A stretch of 64,000 nucleotides of DNA, from contig OY970173.1 in assembly GCA_963707635.1 (NCBI GenBank), positions 1,824,001 through 1,888,000 on the forward strand, in the 5' to 3' direction. The notes beneath the pieces were generated by a model. The model saw only the letters and a list, made by a program, of their open reading frames with translations. It searched no databases and was not told where the DNA came from. Positions within the stretch are counted from its first letter, which is position 1; each line of letters opens with the position of its first letter. The position numbers and the translations under genes are program-made. Below are positions 1 through 10,320 of this stretch, piece after piece. The stretch comes from Candidatus Latescibacterota bacterium (lineage in GTDB: Bacteria > Krumholzibacteriota > Krumholzibacteriia > WVZY01 > JAKEHA01).

Positions 1-630
1 GGACGCGCCCGCTTCGACATCATTCCAAGGATCCCCTGCCAGGGCGGAATCCTGATCGTGTCGAACCACCAGTCCCTGGTCGACATCCCGGTGGTCTACA
101 AGTGCGTGCCCGACGGGTACCCGCGCATGGTATCGCACGCCCGCTACGGGCGCGGGGTCCCGCTGGTGTCCCTGACCATGAAACTCATGGGCGGCATCCT
201 GGTCCAGCCCGGGCGGACCGGGCGCGCCGAGCTCGAGGCCCTCATGGAAACGGCGCGCAAGAGCGACCACCCCATCGTCATCTTCCCCGAAGGGCACCGC
301 ACCCGCGACGGCGAGATCCGGCCCTGGAAACGCGCCGGACTGGAGACGTTTCTGTCCGCGCGCGAATGGGCCGTCCACGTGCTCGTGATCGACGGGCTGT
401 GGCGCGCCGCGCGCATCCCCGATTTCATCCGCACCATCGCGACCGTCGAGTGCCGGGTGGAATCGGCAGGGACGTTCGCGTACGACGGCCGCGGGCGCGC
501 GAATCACGACGAGTTCATCGACCGGTTGTACCGCGCGATGTGTGATAAGCTCACCGAGATGCGAGGCCGGGGCGACGCACGGAGCGAGACGCGTTCGGGC
601 GAAGGTGCGGTGAAGCAGCGTGATCGATAA
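1..630 (+). CDS. PlsC-family lysophospholipid/1-acyl-sn-glycerol-3-phosphate acyltransferase (5'-truncated by window edge)
   Basis: Frame open from base 1; NHQSLVD (NHxSxxD) and FPEGHRT acyltransferase motifs; stop TAA 628-630. Confidence 0.85.
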   Translation, partial: GRARFDIIPRIPCQGGILIVSNHQSLVDIPVVYKCVPDGYPRMVSHARYGRGVPLVSLTMKLMGGILVQPGRTGRAELEALMETARKSDHPIVIFPEGHRTRDGEIRPWKRAGLETFLSAREWAVHVLVIDGLWRAARIPDFIRTIATVECRVESAGTFAYDGRGRANHDEFIDRLYRAMCDKLTEMRGRGDARSETRSGEGAVKQRDR

Positions 631-631
631 C

Positions 632-1678
632 ATGAAACCGGCCGACGAATCTCGCGCCGTGGTGCGGCCGCTGCCGCGCGCGGCATCGACGCCGCACGAC
701 CCGGTTCCTCCCGAGGTGCGCGACATCGTGGATCGGCTGCGCGACGCCTGCGGCCGCAACCTCGTCGGACTCGTTTTCTTCGGGTCGCGGCTGCTCGGCA
801 CCTCCCCGGGGGAGGACAGCGCAGCGGACCTGTTCGTCGTGGTCGAGAACTACCTGCGCTTCTACGAGGCGATCGGATCGCGGCTGCCGACCGCGCGTCA
901 CAGCGGCATCATGGCGGCGCTCAACCGCGTGTTGCCCCCCAACATCATTTACCTGAACGATCCCGGCGGGCTGCGCGCGGGTGCCAAGTGTTTCGTGGTG
1001 AGCGAGGGCGATCTGGCCCTGGCGCTCTCCCCGGATGCGAAGGACCACTTCTTCCGCGGCCGTCTCTCGCAGCGCGTGCACGTGGTGTACGCGCGCTCGG
1101 AGCGCGACCGCCAGGCGTTCGACCTGCGCATCGACGCGACCCGCCGTCTCGCGCTGGACTGGGTGCCGCTCTACCTGCCGGACACGTTCGGCGTGCTCGA
1201 CTTCTGCCGCCGCATGATGGAGGTTTCCTACGCCGGCGAGATCCGTCCGGAGGCGCGCTCGCGCGTGCACGACGTCTATCAATCGCAGGTGAGCTTCTTC
1301 CGGCTCGTGTACGGGCGCGTGCTGCAGGAGGGGGTCCGCGATGGGACGCTGGTGGCGGACGGCGACCGCTACCGGCTGGCGAAGCGGCCGTCGTGGCGCG
1401 AGCGCCGGCGCTGGCGCGCGTTCTTCCAGCGCTCGAAGGCGCGCGCGACGCTGCGCTGGTTCAAGTACATGCTGACCTTCGACGACTGGCTCGACTACAT
1501 CGTGCGCAAGATCGAACGGCGATCCGGCATGCGCATCGAGCTGACCAAGGCCGAGCGCCGCTTCCCGGTGATCCTGCTCTGGCCGAAGGCGATCCGGGTG
1601 ATCCGCGCGATGCGCTCGGCGGAAGTGCGCGCGGCCGCGCGCGGCCCGGCGCCGGTCACCGACCGGGGCGACGCGTGA
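632..1678 (+). CDS. Tam41/Mmp37-like nucleotidyltransferase, putative phosphatidate cytidylyltransferase (CDP-DAG synthase)
   Basis: Pol-beta-type NTase motif FFGS...ADLFVVV, then AKCFVVS, FRGRLSQRV and VSYAGEIR, matching the order of Tam41 blocks as I recall them (YGS, D-x-I/V, KYGVVS, GRLQKPV, SYxGDxR); no TM segments; flanked by lipid genes. Start ATG 632 or GTG 620. Confidence 0.6.
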   Translation: MKPADESRAVVRPLPRAASTPHDPVPPEVRDIVDRLRDACGRNLVGLVFFGSRLLGTSPGEDSAADLFVVVENYLRFYEAIGSRLPTARHSGIMAALNRVLPPNIIYLNDPGGLRAGAKCFVVSEGDLALALSPDAKDHFFRGRLSQRVHVVYARSERDRQAFDLRIDATRRLALDWVPLYLPDTFGVLDFCRRMMEVSYAGEIRPEARSRVHDVYQSQVSFFRLVYGRVLQEGVRDGTLVADGDRYRLAKRPSWRERRRWRAFFQRSKARATLRWFKYMLTFDDWLDYIVRKIERRSGMRIELTKAERRFPVILLWPKAIRVIRAMRSAEVRAAARGPAPVTDRGDA

Positions 1679-2409
1679 GGCGCGAGCTGGCGGTGCTCGC
1701 GGGCGTGGTCGGGTTCGCGCTGGCGACCATGCTGGTCTACCGCCTGCGCCCCGCGAGCCGGACGACGGCCGACCTGACCGGACGCGGCGGGTCGTTCGTC
1801 CTCGGATTCTGGGTGCGCAACTGGTTCTACTGGCTGATTCGACCCGTCACCCGCGCCTCCCTGGCGCTGGGATTGACGCCCCTCTTCTATAATATGTTCG
1901 CCGTGGTGTGCGGCGTGGGCAGCATGCTCGGTTACGCGACCGGGCACTTGCCGACCGCCGGCTGGCTGGTGTTCGTGAGCGGGATCGCCGACGTGCTCGA
2001 CGGGGAGGTGGCCCGCGCGACGCACTCCGCGGATTCGCGCGGCGCGTTCCTCGATTCCACCCTGGACCGGTTCACCGAGTTCTTCGCGTTTGCGGGAATC
2101 GCGTATTCGTCCGCGCCGGGGTGGCGGACGCTGGCGGTTGTGGTGGCGCTCGGCGGATCGCTGCTCGTGAGCTATACCCGCGCGCGCGGCGAGAGCCTGG
2201 GGGTGCTGTGCAAGGTCGGGGTGATGCAGCGCGCGGAGCGGATGCTGCTGCTCGGGCTGGGGTCCATCCTTGATCCCGCCCTCTCGGCCCGGGCCGGGTG
2301 GGGGGAGGGGACGATCGTGGCCATCGTCGTCGTCGTTATCGCGGTCGGGACGGTGTGGACATCCGTATACCGAACGGTCTGGATCGCGCGGGCGCTCAAG
2401 GGGCGCTAG
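1675..2409 (+). CDS. CDP-alcohol phosphatidyltransferase (PIP-synthase/PgsA1-like)
   Basis: DVLDGEVAR...GAFLDSTLD signature; SYTRARGE and GVMQRAER motifs; GTG start overlaps upstream TGA (GTGA 1675-1678); multiple TM segments. Confidence 0.9.
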   Translation: MRRELAVLAGVVGFALATMLVYRLRPASRTTADLTGRGGSFVLGFWVRNWFYWLIRPVTRASLALGLTPLFYNMFAVVCGVGSMLGYATGHLPTAGWLVFVSGIADVLDGEVARATHSADSRGAFLDSTLDRFTEFFAFAGIAYSSAPGWRTLAVVVALGGSLLVSYTRARGESLGVLCKVGVMQRAERMLLLGLGSILDPALSARAGWGEGTIVAIVVVVIAVGTVWTSVYRTVWIARALKGR

Positions 2410-2490
2410 AAGGCAACCGGGCGGCCCTTCGGCCCGTATGCTACTATCCATCCCACCACGTTGTCATTCAACCGGAGGAGTTGCCACGCC

Positions 2491-5100
2491 ATGAGATCGG
2501 TGCGCCCGTTCGGATTCATGTGTCTCTTGCTCGTTGCCCTCACGTTCGCGTTCGTGCCGGCATTTGCCGACGAACCCCGACTCGATCCCAACGTCGCTCC
2601 GACCTCGGAGTCGATCGACCTGCAGCTGGATGCCGACCAGGAGAATTACGCCGGCACAGTGCGCATCGAGCTTCGGGTGCTCAAGCCGACGAAGGAGTTT
2701 CTCTTCCACGCTGAAGAGATGACGCTCGACAAGGTCGAACTCACGGGCAAGGCCGGCGCCGTCGGCGTGACGGTCGCGCCGGGCGGCGACCGCGGCACCC
2801 AGCGCGCCACCACCGCCGGCGAGCTGGCGCCCGGCGACTACATGCTCTCGATCGCCTTCTCGAAGCCCTACAACACCAAGGCCGTCGGCCTGTACCGCGT
2901 GCTGCAGGACGGGCGGCATTATCTCTTCACGCAGTTCGAGTCGCTCGACGCGCGCAAGGCGTTCCCGTGCTGGGACGAACCCATTTACAAGATCCCATTC
3001 CAGATGACGCTCACGGTTCCGCTTCTGCACGAAGGCGTCACCAACACGCCGCTCGAGAAGGAGACGCGCGGGGCGACCACGAAGACGCTTCAGTTCAAGC
3101 GTTCTCCGCCGATGTCGTCGTACCTGGTGGCGATCGCATCCGGACCCTTTGAGAGCGTTCCCATCACCGGGTTGTCCGTACCCGGCCGCATCTACACGGT
3201 GAAGGGCCAGAAGGCCAATACCAAGACCGCCGTCGCCATGGCCCCCGCCATACTCAAGGCGGTCGAGGCGTACTTCGGGACCAAGTATCCCTACGAGAAA
3301 CTCGACTTCGTCGCGATTCCGGAATACTGGTTCGGTGCGATGGAGAATCCGGGGCAGATCACCTTCCTGGACAAGATCCTGCTGATCGATCCCGCGGCCG
3401 CGACCCTGGCGCAGAAGCGGCGTCTTTCCGTCGTCATCATCCATGAGGTCGCCCACATGTGGTTCGGTGATCTGGTGACGATGGCGTGGTGGGACGATCT
3501 CTGGCTCAACGAGTCGTTCGCGGACTGGCTGGCGAACAAGATCGCCGTTCAGTTGAATCCCGAGTACCACCAGGAGACCGTGGATGTGCAGGAAGTGAGC
3601 CACACCATGACGGGCGACGCCAACGCGACCACCAACGCGATCCGCAAACCGGTCGATTCCGGGGCGGACATCATGGAGGACCTCGGCCTTGACTATCAGA
3701 AGGGCCGCACGGTGCTGCGCATGGTCGAAGAGTACATCGGCGACGACGCGTTTCAGCGCGGCGTGCGTCAATATATGGAACGGTATAAGTGGAAGAACGC
3801 GGTGGCGGCCGATCTGTTCGCCGCGCTCTCGGAGGCATCGGGCAAGGACCTCGAACCCATTCTGTCGAGCTATCTCGACCAGCCCGGCTTTCCGCTGGTG
3901 CGCGTCGACGTGGGTGCCAACGGCATGCTCACCGTTTCGCAGAAGCGGTTCCGGAACTACGGCGCCGAGGTGAAGGACGAGAACTGGGTGATGCCGGTCC
4001 GGCTGAAGATCTCGGACGGCAAGAACGTGCAGAAGCGCGTGGTCCTCCTCGACAAGCCCGAGACCCACGTCGAGGTTGCCGGCAAGGTGGACTGGGTGAT
4101 GCCGGACGAAGGCGGCGTGGGTTACTACCGGTGGGTCGTTCCCTCCGACATGATGATGAAGCTGGCCCAGAAACCGGCGGAAACCATGTCGAGCCGCGAA
4201 CGCACCCGCTTCCTGGGCAACGCGCGCGCCCTCCTCAATGCCGGCGAAATCACGGGCAGCGAATACCTGGCGATCGCCGCCTCGCTCGCCAACCACCCCG
4301 AGCCCGAGATCATCACGTCGGTGACGGGGGAACTGGGCAATCTCGTGATCCCGTTCGTGACCGACGACCTGCTGGACGCGTTTGCGACCTACGTGCGCCA
4401 GACGCTCGCGCCGGCGCGGGCGCGCTACGGGCTCGAGCCGCGTGCCGACGATCCCGAAGACGTGAAACTGCTTCGCCCCATGCTGCTCAAGTGGCTCGGT
4501 GACGCGGGCCGCGATCCGGAAGTACTGGCCTATTGCCAGAAACTGGCCGCGTCCTACATGAACGATCCCGCATCGGTCGATGCCTCGATCGCGGGCACCG
4601 CTCTCGAGGTCGCGGCGGGTCCCGGAGACCGGGCGATGTTCGACGCGTATCGCGCGAAATTGGAGGCCGCGAAGTTGCCGGCCGATCGCACCCGCTACCT
4701 GGGTGGACTGGGTGGGTTCGACGACCCGGCGCTTCAGGACGAACTTCTGAAGTACGCGCTGACGGATAAGATTCGTGTCACCGAGACCTATATGGCTCTT
4801 GGCGGGCTGGGCAAAACCGACACTGGTCGCACCAAGTTGTACAACTGGATGACGACGAACTACACCTTCCTTGCCTCGCGCCTGCCGCCCGAGTTCCAGG
4901 CCTACTTCCCGTTCTACGGGGGAGGCTGTTCCGAGCAGCGACTCGAAGCCCTGCACAAGTTCTTCTCGGAGCCCGCGCACCGGGTCGACGGAACCGACGA
5001 GAACCTGGCCAAGGTGAGCGAGCAGATCAACGACTGCTTGAGCCTGCGCGAGCGCGAGGGCGCGGCGGTGGCCACGTATCTTCGAGGTCTCACTCCGTGA
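2491..5100 (+). CDS. Exported M1-family aminopeptidase with ERAP1-like C-terminal domain
   Basis: GAMEN, HEVAH...NES zinc motifs, ARKAFPCWDEP; signal peptide ending AFA-D; GGAGG SD upstream. Confidence 0.93.
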   Translation: MRSVRPFGFMCLLLVALTFAFVPAFADEPRLDPNVAPTSESIDLQLDADQENYAGTVRIELRVLKPTKEFLFHAEEMTLDKVELTGKAGAVGVTVAPGGDRGTQRATTAGELAPGDYMLSIAFSKPYNTKAVGLYRVLQDGRHYLFTQFESLDARKAFPCWDEPIYKIPFQMTLTVPLLHEGVTNTPLEKETRGATTKTLQFKRSPPMSSYLVAIASGPFESVPITGLSVPGRIYTVKGQKANTKTAVAMAPAILKAVEAYFGTKYPYEKLDFVAIPEYWFGAMENPGQITFLDKILLIDPAAATLAQKRRLSVVIIHEVAHMWFGDLVTMAWWDDLWLNESFADWLANKIAVQLNPEYHQETVDVQEVSHTMTGDANATTNAIRKPVDSGADIMEDLGLDYQKGRTVLRMVEEYIGDDAFQRGVRQYMERYKWKNAVAADLFAALSEASGKDLEPILSSYLDQPGFPLVRVDVGANGMLTVSQKRFRNYGAEVKDENWVMPVRLKISDGKNVQKRVVLLDKPETHVEVAGKVDWVMPDEGGVGYYRWVVPSDMMMKLAQKPAETMSSRERTRFLGNARALLNAGEITGSEYLAIAASLANHPEPEIITSVTGELGNLVIPFVTDDLLDAFATYVRQTLAPARARYGLEPRADDPEDVKLLRPMLLKWLGDAGRDPEVLAYCQKLAASYMNDPASVDASIAGTALEVAAGPGDRAMFDAYRAKLEAAKLPADRTRYLGGLGGFDDPALQDELLKYALTDKIRVTETYMALGGLGKTDTGRTKLYNWMTTNYTFLASRLPPEFQAYFPFYGGGCSEQRLEALHKFFSEPAHRVDGTDENLAKVSEQINDCLSLREREGAAVATYLRGLTP

Positions 5101-6482
5101 GTGAGCCCGGGGCGGCCGCCACGCTGAGAATTGCGATCGTCGGCAGCGGGCCCAGCGGATTCTATGCCGCCGAGGCCCTGCTGGCCGCGCCGGTGCCGAT
5201 CGAGGTCGACGTGTTCGAGGCACTGCCGGCGCCGTTCGGTTTGGTGCGCTACGGCGTGGCGCCGGACCACGAGAAGATCAAGAACATCACCGCGCGCTAC
5301 GAAAAAACCGCCGCGCACCCCGGCTTCGCGTTCTTCGGCAACGTCCTCGTGGGGCGCGACCTCACGGTGGAGGAGTTGCGCCGCTCTTACCACGCGGTCA
5401 TCTTCGCGTGCGGCGCTCAGACCGACCGCCGGCTGGGGGTGCCCGGCGAGGACCTCCCGGGCAGCTACACCGCCACCGAGTTCGTGGCCTGGTACAACGC
5501 CCACCCCGACTACCGCGACCGCGCCTTCGATCTGGCGCACGAGCGCGCCATCGTCATCGGACAGGGCAACGTCGCCGTCGACGTCGCCCGCATTCTTTGC
5601 AAGACCGTCGACGAGCTCAAGGACACGGATATCGCGGCGCACGCGCTGGAGGCGCTTTCACGCTCGCGCGTGCGCGAGGTGTGGATGGTGGGGCGCCGGG
5701 GCCCGGTGCAGGCGGCCTTCACCCCGCCGGAGCTCAAGGAACTCGGCGAGCTGTCCGATTGCGACGCGATGGTGGACCCGGGCGAGCTGGAATTGAACGC
5801 GGCCAGCCGCGCGGAGCTCGAGGTGTTGAAGTGGCGCGACGCGCAGAAGAACTACGAGTTGCTCACCAAGCTGGCGGATCGGACCGCGCGCGGGGCGAGC
5901 CGGCGTCTGCGCATTGCGTTCTACCGCGGCCCGAAGGCGATCGAGGGCGAGCGGCGCGTCGAGGCGATCGTGCTGGAGCAAAACGCGCTCACGGGTGAGC
6001 CGGGCGCGCAGCGCGCGTCCGGCACCGGTGTTACCGAGCGAATCGAATGCGGCGCGGTGTTTCGCAGCGTCGGCTACCGCGGCGTGCCCATCGCCGGGAT
6101 TCCCTTCGACGAGAAAGCGGCGGTGTTTCCGAACGTGGAAGGACGCATCACGCGCGACGGCGCGGTGGTGCCGGGGCTGTACGCGGTGGGCTGGATAAAG
6201 CGGGGACCGTCGGGCGTGATCGGCACCAACAAGCCGGACAGCTTCGAGACGGTGAAGCACGTGCTCTCCGACGCGCCGGCGTTGCCACCCCCCGCGCACG
6301 GCTCGCGCGAGGCGGTAACGCGACTGCTCGCGTCGCGGGGCGTCTACCCCGTGAGCTACGAGGACTGGAAACGAATCGACGCGGCGGAGGCGGCCCGCGG
6401 CGCCGCGGTGGGAAAGCCGCGCGAGAAATTCGTCCGGGTGGACGAGATGCTGGCCGTGTCGAGTACATTGGGGAAGGAGTGA
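5097..6482 (+). CDS. Ferredoxin-NADP+ reductase (FprA/adrenodoxin reductase type)
   Basis: GSGPSG FAD motif, PFGLVRYGVAPDH, GQGNVAVDVAR, GWIKRGPSGVIGTN; GTGA overlap with upstream gene. Confidence 0.92.
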   Translation: MSEPGAAATLRIAIVGSGPSGFYAAEALLAAPVPIEVDVFEALPAPFGLVRYGVAPDHEKIKNITARYEKTAAHPGFAFFGNVLVGRDLTVEELRRSYHAVIFACGAQTDRRLGVPGEDLPGSYTATEFVAWYNAHPDYRDRAFDLAHERAIVIGQGNVAVDVARILCKTVDELKDTDIAAHALEALSRSRVREVWMVGRRGPVQAAFTPPELKELGELSDCDAMVDPGELELNAASRAELEVLKWRDAQKNYELLTKLADRTARGASRRLRIAFYRGPKAIEGERRVEAIVLEQNALTGEPGAQRASGTGVTERIECGAVFRSVGYRGVPIAGIPFDEKAAVFPNVEGRITRDGAVVPGLYAVGWIKRGPSGVIGTNKPDSFETVKHVLSDAPALPPPAHGSREAVTRLLASRGVYPVSYEDWKRIDAAEAARGAAVGKPREKFVRVDEMLAVSSTLGKE

Positions 6483-6486
6483 CCGC

Positions 6487-8148
6487 ATGCGCGCGTGGAA
6501 AGTCGGTTCCCTGGTAGGGCTGGCGCTCGGCGCGGGGTACGTGCTGGGCGTGGCCGAAGGCGAATTACCGTTTTCGAAGAACGACATCGCCGGCGCCGAG
6601 CGGCTGATCGGGATCGAGTTCAACGACGCCGAGCGCGACTCGATGCAGGGCGACCTCGCCGATTACCTGAAGGGCTACGTGACCATGCGCGTCACTCCGG
6701 TTCCGAACTCGGTGCCGCCGGCGCTGGTGTTCGAACCCGCGGTCGTGATGGCGCACCCGCCGCGGCCCGGCGACGGGACGAGCAATGTCCACTTGAGCAA
6801 GCCGTCCAAGAAGAAACGGCCGGCGAATCTGGAGGAGGCGGCGTACTGGCCGGTTCGCGACCTGGCTGAGTTACTGCGCACCAAGCAGGTCACGTCGGTC
6901 GAGTTGACGACCATGTACCTCGATCGGCTGAAGAAGTTCGGTCCGACGCTGGAGTGTGTGGTGACGCTCATGGAAGCGAGCGCGCTCGAGCAGGCCCGCC
7001 GCGCCGACGCGGAGATCGCGAAGGGGCACTACCGGGGCCCGCTGCACGGCATTCCCTACGGCGCGAAGGACCTGCTGGCCGTGAAGGGGACGAGGACGAC
7101 GTGGGGTTCGGTTCCATACCAGGACCAGATGATCGACGAGACCGCCACCGTGGTCCGCAAGCTCGACGAGGCGGGGGCGGTGCTGGTCGCGAAGCTCACC
7201 CTCGGCGAGCTCGCGTGGGGGGACGTGTGGTTCGGCGGCAAGACGCGCAATCCGTGGGACACCGAAGAGGGGTCGAGCGGGTCGTCGGCAGGTTCCGCGT
7301 CGGCGACCGCGGCCGGTCTGGTGGCCTTCGCGATCGGGACCGAAACCTGGGGGTCGATCGTGTCGCCGTCGACCCGCTGCGGGGCGACCGGGCTGCGCCC
7401 GACGTTCGGACGCGTCAGTCGAAGCGGCGCGATGGCGTTGTCGTGGTCGATGGACAAGATCGGGCCCATCTGCCGCGCCGTCGAAGACTGCGCGATCGTC
7501 TTCGACGCGATTCGGGGATCCGACGGGCTCGACCCGGCCGTGGTGGACGCCGAGTTTCGCTATCGCCCCGACGTGGACCTCGCCAGCCTCCGAATCGGCT
7601 ACGTGAAGTCGGCGTTCGACGAGGACTACCCCAACAAGGCCAACGATATGGCGACGCTGGAGGTCCTCCGGAAGCTGGGAGCCAATCTGGTTCCCATCGA
7701 GCTACCCGCCATCGACGTGACCCCGCTCGCCTGCATCCTTTCCGCCGAGGCCGCGGCCGCCTTCGACGACCTGACCCGGTCGAACCGCGACGATCTCCTG
7801 GTCCGGCAGGTCAAGGCGGCGTGGCCAAACACGCTCCGGGGCGCTCGCTTCATCCCGGCGGTGGAGTATATTCAGGCCAACCGGGTACGGACGCTCGTGA
7901 TGCGGGAGATGGAGAAGCTTCCAGTGGATGTCTATATCACGCCGGCCTTTGGCGGCAGCAACCTGCTGCTGACCAACCTGACCGGGCACCCGTGCGTGGT
8001 GCTGCCCAACGGCTTCACGGACAAGGGCACGCCGACCAGCATCACCTTCATGGGCCGGCTCTTCGACGAGGGGACGCTGCTGGCGGTGGCGAAGCACTAC
8101 CAGGATGCGACCGAGTTCGGCTCGAAGCATCCCCCGCGGTTCCCCTAG
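6487..8148 (+). CDS. Amidase signature family protein (GatA-like), probably exported
   Basis: GPLHGIPYGAKD (Lys), GSSGSSAGS, GTETWGSI Ser-cisSer-Lys triad motifs; hydrophobic N-terminus. Confidence 0.9.
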   Translation: MRAWKVGSLVGLALGAGYVLGVAEGELPFSKNDIAGAERLIGIEFNDAERDSMQGDLADYLKGYVTMRVTPVPNSVPPALVFEPAVVMAHPPRPGDGTSNVHLSKPSKKKRPANLEEAAYWPVRDLAELLRTKQVTSVELTTMYLDRLKKFGPTLECVVTLMEASALEQARRADAEIAKGHYRGPLHGIPYGAKDLLAVKGTRTTWGSVPYQDQMIDETATVVRKLDEAGAVLVAKLTLGELAWGDVWFGGKTRNPWDTEEGSSGSSAGSASATAAGLVAFAIGTETWGSIVSPSTRCGATGLRPTFGRVSRSGAMALSWSMDKIGPICRAVEDCAIVFDAIRGSDGLDPAVVDAEFRYRPDVDLASLRIGYVKSAFDEDYPNKANDMATLEVLRKLGANLVPIELPAIDVTPLACILSAEAAAAFDDLTRSNRDDLLVRQVKAAWPNTLRGARFIPAVEYIQANRVRTLVMREMEKLPVDVYITPAFGGSNLLLTNLTGHPCVVLPNGFTDKGTPTSITFMGRLFDEGTLLAVAKHYQDATEFGSKHPPRFP

Positions 8149-8196
8149 GCGGCGGGCCGCCGCCCGGTGCCCGATTCAGCCGTTTCTGCCCCGTGC

Positions 8197-8223
8197 GGAA
8201 ACCTCCGTCGGGCTTTCCCCGTA
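8197..8223 (+). promoter_or_regulatory. Candidate ECF-sigma (SigW-like) promoter
   Basis: GGAAAC-N17-CGTA upstream of the ABC exporter operon. Confidence 0.4.
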
Positions 8224-8288
8224 CTGCTATGCTGTGAGCACGAATAGCCTAATAGGTTGACCGAGAAGACCATGGAGGGTGGCGCAAG

Positions 8289-9563
8289 ATGAAGAAGAAA
8301 CCGCTGCTGATCGGCGCGGGCGTCGTGGTGCTGGCCGGGATCGTCACCGGCGGGATGGCCCTGCGCGGGCGCGACGAAAAGGCACCGACAGTGCAGACCG
8401 CCAAGGTCGACCGCCAGAAGATCGTGCAGAAGGTCGACGCCACCGGGAAGATCCAGCCGAAGGTCCAGGTCAAGATCAGCGCCGACGTGAGTGCCAAGAT
8501 CACGAAACTGCCGGTGGTGGAGGGGCAGTGGGTCGAAAAAGGCGCGCTGCTCGTGGAGCTGGATCGAGAGCGCTACAAGGCCGCGGTCGAAAGCGCCGAG
8601 GCGAGCGTGAGCTCGGCCACCGCGAATGCCTCCCTCGTGCAGCAGAATATGAACCGGGCGGAGAAGGAGTACAACCGCTCAAAGGAACTCCTGACCAAGG
8701 ACATGGAGTCGCAGGCGTCGTACGACGCGCTGGAAGCTGCCTACCATGTCGAGGTCGCCCGTTACAAGTCCGCGCAGGACCAGGTGGAGCAGGCGAAGGC
8801 GGCGCTGACGCAGGCCCGCGTCGACCTCTCCAAGACCACCATCTACGCGCCCATGTCCGGGACCATCAGCGACCTCAACAAAGAGCAGGGCGAGATCGCG
8901 ATCGGCTCGCAGTTCCAGCCGGACGTCATCCTCGTGATCGCCGATCTCTCCGCCATGGAAGCGCAGGTCGACGTGGACGAGAACGACATCGTCTCCGTGG
9001 CGGTGGGTCAGGAGGCCGAGATCAAAGTCGACGCGCTCGTCGACCAGACGCTCAAAGGCGTGGTGAGCGAGATTGCCAACAGCGCCAACGCGGCGGGTGC
9101 CGGTTCGGCGGATCAGAAAACCGAATTCGAAATCAAAATCACTATTACCGGTCCTCCGGACTCCCTGCGCCCGGGGATGACGGCCACCGCGGAGATCTTC
9201 ACCAAGTCCAACGACAGCGCGCTGAGCGTGCCCATCCAGAGCGTCGCGGTGCGAACCGTCGACCAGCTCGCCATGAAGGGCGAAGACCGGAAGGCGGCGG
9301 AGGCTCGCTTTACCGCGGACAAGGATGGATTCGTGGAGATCGTGTTCTGCATCGAAGACGGCAAGGCCGTCGCCCGGCAGGTCAAGACGGGCATCCAGAG
9401 CGACGAGCTGATCGAGATCCTCGACGGGCTGAAGGAAGGCGAGGAGGTCGTCACGGGGAGTTATCGCGCGATCTCCAAAGATCTCGTGAACGGCGTCGTG
9501 GTCACCGTGGACAACGAGGCGAAGCCGGCGGGCGAGGAGCAGGCGCGTGGCTCACAACGGTAA
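8289..9563 (+). CDS. MacA/HlyD-family periplasmic adaptor (membrane fusion protein)
   Basis: N-terminal TM anchor, coiled-coil hairpin, [26 protein letters not shown] motifs. Confidence 0.92.
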   Translation: MKKKPLLIGAGVVVLAGIVTGGMALRGRDEKAPTVQTAKVDRQKIVQKVDATGKIQPKVQVKISADVSAKITKLPVVEGQWVEKGALLVELDRERYKAAVESAEASVSSATANASLVQQNMNRAEKEYNRSKELLTKDMESQASYDALEAAYHVEVARYKSAQDQVEQAKAALTQARVDLSKTTIYAPMSGTISDLNKEQGEIAIGSQFQPDVILVIADLSAMEAQVDVDENDIVSVAVGQEAEIKVDALVDQTLKGVVSEIANSANAAGAGSADQKTEFEIKITITGPPDSLRPGMTATAEIFTKSNDSALSVPIQSVAVRTVDQLAMKGEDRKAAEARFTADKDGFVEIVFCIEDGKAVARQVKTGIQSDELIEILDGLKEGEEVVTGSYRAISKDLVNGVVVTVDNEAKPAGEEQARGSQR

Positions 9564-10290
9564 CGAACCGGCGCGAACGTCGAACGGGCCGACGCTCTCG
9601 CTCCAGGACGTGGTCAAGACCTACGTCATGGGGGCCGACACGGTGCACGCCCTGCGCGGCGTCTCGCTGGCCATCCACAGCAACGAATACGTCGCGGTCA
9701 TGGGACCGTCCGGGTCCGGCAAGTCGACCCTGATGAACGTGATCGGTTGCCTGGATGTGCCGACGTCGGGGACGTACTCGCTCGAGGGGCAAATGGTCGC
9801 CGAGATGTCCGAGTACCAGCTCGCCGATATCCGCAACCAGCGAATCGGTTTCGTCTTCCAGACCTTCAACCTGATACCACGCTCGAATATCTTTCACAAC
9901 GTCGAGTTGCCGCTGATCTACGCCGGTGTCTCCAAGGCCGAGCGTCGCGACCGCGTCGTGCACGCGATCGAGCGCGTCGGGCTCGCCGATCGCATGAAGC
10001 ACAAGCCGAACGAACTCTCCGGCGGACAGCGCCAGCGCGTAGCGATCGCGCGCGCGTTGGTCGGGAGGCCGTCGATCATCCTGGCGGACGAGCCCACCGG
10101 AAACCTCGACAGCAAGACCGGCGACGAAATCATGGCGATACTCGACGAGCTTCATCAGGGCGGTCAGACGATCATCCTGGTCACCCACGAAGACTACATC
10201 GCGGAGCACGCATTGCGGGTCATTCGGTTGAGGGATGGCGTGATCGAGAGCGACACGGAGTCACGCAGGCGGGTCGGCCATGCGAATTGA
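9547..10290 (+). CDS. ABC transporter ATP-binding protein (MacB/LolD type)
   Basis: Walker A GPSGSGKS, signature [14 protein letters not shown], Walker [15 protein letters not shown]. Confidence 0.95.
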   Translation: MAHNGNEPARTSNGPTLSLQDVVKTYVMGADTVHALRGVSLAIHSNEYVAVMGPSGSGKSTLMNVIGCLDVPTSGTYSLEGQMVAEMSEYQLADIRNQRIGFVFQTFNLIPRSNIFHNVELPLIYAGVSKAERRDRVVHAIERVGLADRMKHKPNELSGGQRQRVAIARALVGRPSIILADEPTGNLDSKTGDEIMAILDELHQGGQTIILVTHEDYIAEHALRVIRLRDGVIESDTESRRRVGHAN

Positions 10291-10320
10291 GCGCTCGATG
10301 GTGCATGGGGGTCGTGAGCG

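Noticed and set aside
988..1674. Long N-terminal extensions in the ORF track (also 50530-51474 on ptrB and 43216-43488)
   Set aside because: They overlap bona fide upstream genes and are Arg/Ala/Pro-rich nonsense; better starts with SD or stop-start coupling exist
2464..5223. Very long antisense ORFs (also 17724-19913, 30679-33366, 38948-41419, 43333-46932, 62536-63987)
   Set aside because: Shadows of real genes on the opposite strand, expected from high-GC codon bias; no recognisable motifs
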